NCBI GenBank assembly: GCA_030704615.1
Contig: JAKLZA010000171.1
Span: forward strand, 1-25,000
Source: Takakia lepidozioides
Lineage: Eukaryota > Plantae > Bryophyta
DNA: 25,000 nucleotides
Reading direction: 5' to 3'
Below, piece after piece: positions 22,013 to 25,000 of the stretch (its first letter is position 1; the number at the start of each line of letters is the position of its first letter). Position numbers and translations under genes: made by a program. The notes under the pieces were generated by a model. The model was not told the DNA's origin, searched no databases, and saw nothing but the letters and a program-made list of their open reading frames with translations.

Positions 22013-22899
22013 TCTTAGCTAGATCAGTTGCCAGTGACAGTTTTATCTCAATGGCTCCTTGGCCAGGCATACAAAGGTTTCCCATGCTTTGACTATGAAA
22101 CCTTGCAAAACTGTGAATTAATTGGTGATGATTGTGTTGTGTATCAACTGATTTCCTTTGATTTAGTGTTTCAACTTGCACATTGGGAACCCTGTTAGGC
22201 AATGATCTGTCCCACAAACAATTACAACTGTTTGTAGAATTGAATTGTAGAGTGAGACATCCACAAGGATGCCTTCACACAACAAGTTCAAAATAAAACT
22301 AGAGCAAATCTTGGTGTCCTACTACCAGAATGAGTCATAAGTTGGGCCCTCAACCACCTAGAGTTGCAAATCTGGGTGCCAGTAGGTGCCAAATAATTAT
22401 CACAAGGGGCTTGTGTGGCAGCCAAGGTGGATTAGTACATTTTCAAAACTTGTAACTCTGGCCAGACATTATACTATGTAGTAGCTTGCCTCTAGATCTA
22501 GGGTCCTGAAGAGAATGATGTCCAGCCACTTACTTGGAGAGTGAAGAATATTTCTTTTCCGTTTCATTCAATCTAGATGCGAGCTACCCTCATGATGTAA
22601 ATATTGTGAGCCAAATGCCTCATACAGTGAAGGGATTTCCATTGGAGAAGTATACCATGCTAGTCTAGAATAATGGATGAATGGGCACAGAGGGCCATTG
22701 GCTCACATCTGCACAAGCTTATGCAGCTAAACCATTTGGGGTTCTCACAGCCCCGCAATTTGTACAGATTGTTGGCTTGCACTTGCGGCACCATGGATTC
22801 CTGACGCTCTCCAGGTCAGTTGCCTGATTCCACAGGCAAGTGTATGAACAAAGGTCCTCTACATGATTCGGGCCATCAAGTGTGACTTATGAGGCGTGT

Positions 22900-23730
22900 G
22901 GTCAGCTCCGCACCCCTGCGATCATCGCGCTCCATGACACCACATTCGACCATATTGTAGAACACTCCCTTTGCATCTTCAATGCTCCCGCATTTGGCAC
23001 ACATGTCCACCAGGGCAGTGTTCAGTATGACATGTGGTACACTATGTCACCATGGACATCTTTGCCCTTTACCAGGGCTGCCACACTCGCACACGCATTT
23101 GAAACGCAAACAAACATGATGTGGTTGGGCTTCACCCCTTCCCCCTTCATTTGCTCACATGTCTGCAAAGCATTCAACCCATGTTTGGTAAATCCTGCCA
23201 TCATTATATTCCATGTGATCAAACCTCATTCAGGCATTCTGTTGAACACTTGGTGAGCATTCACGATGCTCCCGCACTTAACATACATGTTGACAAGGGC
23301 ATTGTACAGAAAAACGTTTGGCTTGAATCCACTTTGGATAATGTGAGCATGCACCTGCTTTCCAGCTTCGAGGCCTGTCATCTTGATGCACTGATGCAAG
23401 AGACACACATAACTATCTGAATCTGCTGAAATGCCTCCTTTGGTTTAAAGTCTGTAGAGCCTCTTTCAGACTCCCAGCCTCACATAGCATCCTCACATGT
23501 CCAGAACTGCCAGAAGAGGCCAGACGGACTCCCTCTCTGTGTCCCCTTAAAGAAGCTGTGGTCACGGTCAAGGTGCCTGGTTTTACCAACTGTGCTGCCG
23601 CTGCCGCTGCTTCCAGTTGACCATCTACCCATGCAGGTTTCTTATAGCTATCGATCCACACGGAATCAGGTAGCTGGTGCTTGAAATCCAGCCCTCTTGG
23701 ATGAATCTGGACCCACCCTATATCCCTTCT
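22900..23730 (-). pseudogene. PLS-class pentatricopeptide repeat (PPR) pseudogene, truncated
   Basis: LCEAGSLKEAL; GKQVHAHIIQSGFKPNVFLYNALVNMYVKCGSIVNAHQVFNRM; ITWNIMMAGFTKHG; GVKPNHIMFVCVSNACAS; ALVDMCAKCGSIEDA; stops, frameshifts and deletions; no E/DYW domain seen. Confidence 0.92.
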
Positions 23731-25000
23731 TCTTCAGCTATCCCTGCCTCTGCATCAATCATGTATAGGTCCTCGCATTGCTGCTAGCAGCTGACAAAGA
23801 CAGCCTAGATTGTTCTAGCAAACACCCAACCCTACATATCATACATAAGATCCTATGGTGCAAGACTTAAAAAAATGTGCTGGGGAGAGAGAGGATGACA
23901 ATTTCCAACAAAGCTTTGCATTGCATCTTGTTGTCTACTTCTCTCTGTAATCTAACGGGCATTCACCATTTTGCCTCGATTGTCCCAACATTGACTGGGG
24001 TCGGAACATGAGAAAATCACCTAAAACCATCTTAGATCCACCCAATGAGCTTACTTGCAGAATTCAACATGAAAAATTAGGGACAGCTCTGATAAGAGGG
24101 CAAAACAGGCTGAAATGTGTTGAAGAAGAAGGCTCCCTCACCACATTGACCTTGACCTTGTGTCATGAAAGCAGATAGCTTTTCTTTCACCCATGGAGGT
24201 TTCAACCGACCGTCAACCCAAAATGACCTTTTGTGTGTGCTGCTTGTGTATGTAGTCAGGTGATCTCGAATTGGTAGGTGATGAGAACCAGCACAGTGCA
24301 GCTGAGCAGCCATAGATTTAAACTCGCCCTCTAAGACCAAGCTAACCCTCCCAAGTACCTTGTAAACACCAGGGAAAATTCCAAATCATGATACTAAGAG
24401 GAAGAGCCCACATTTGCAGGATTCCTATATTAAAAAGCCGCACCTTACGATTGCGGTTGTCCCACCAGTGAAGGATCCTTCAAAACCTCGTGCCAGCTCC
24501 GCTCCATGCTCCACAGTAGAACTTTGTGCCCGAAAATCCGACAGCATCAACATTTTGACAAGTTCCTTCATGGAGGAGTGCTAGTGAACTTCCAACAACA
24601 TTCATGCAAGTCCCTTTGGGCTCCATTGAACTACACACAATGACGCACATATGAACATGTCCAAACTTACACAGATGCTAAACCAGCTTATGCCTTAGTT
24701 TGGAAATTTTGGAGTGGTATGTGAACACAACCTGAGCAGCCACAGTCTCAACCCTCCCAAGTACCTTGCAAAATCCACGAAAATGATCTTGCATATACTA
24801 CTATCCAGCCCTGCTCAGGAAGACGACCTCCCTTACGGACAGTAAAAGCATTTTTTGCAGACCACAGCGAGATTCTAGCTTCACTCAACAGCTAGGTCCA
24901 CAATCCAATGCACTCAATACAATCATTCAGTACCTCAGACTCCCTTCTCATGAATGTGGTGCTGATGAGGTGTCGAGATAGCGCCAGCCCCAAAAGTGTT

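Overview
Eukaryotic, repeat-rich land-plant DNA, probably from a seed-free plant (inferred from the plant tRNA-iMet primer sites, half-tRNA-primed copia elements and a PLS-class PPR remnant). I found no intact protein-coding gene. 1-10148: two decayed minus-strand Ty1/copia LTR retrotransposons of different families; the second is complete, with an ATAAC TSD. Both have a half-tRNA-iMet PBS and share two non-canonical active-site motifs (protease D-G-G, RT F-V-D-D). 11254-19216: two copies of a spliced minus-strand pseudogene (weakly WWE-like). Copy A is split by a 2.3-kb insert bounded by ACACTCGCAA, which carries a SWIM-finger gene fragment and looks like a circularly permuted, re-integrated DNA circle. 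Copy A is also cut by a third, internally inverted copia remnant. Copy B is fused at ~19216 to a spliced, degenerate PARP-fold ADP-ribosyltransferase gene with an atypical H-W-V triad. The rest holds hairpin-rich islands, a 133-bp tandem repeat and a PPR pseudogene. All calls come from manual reading; no database searches were run.
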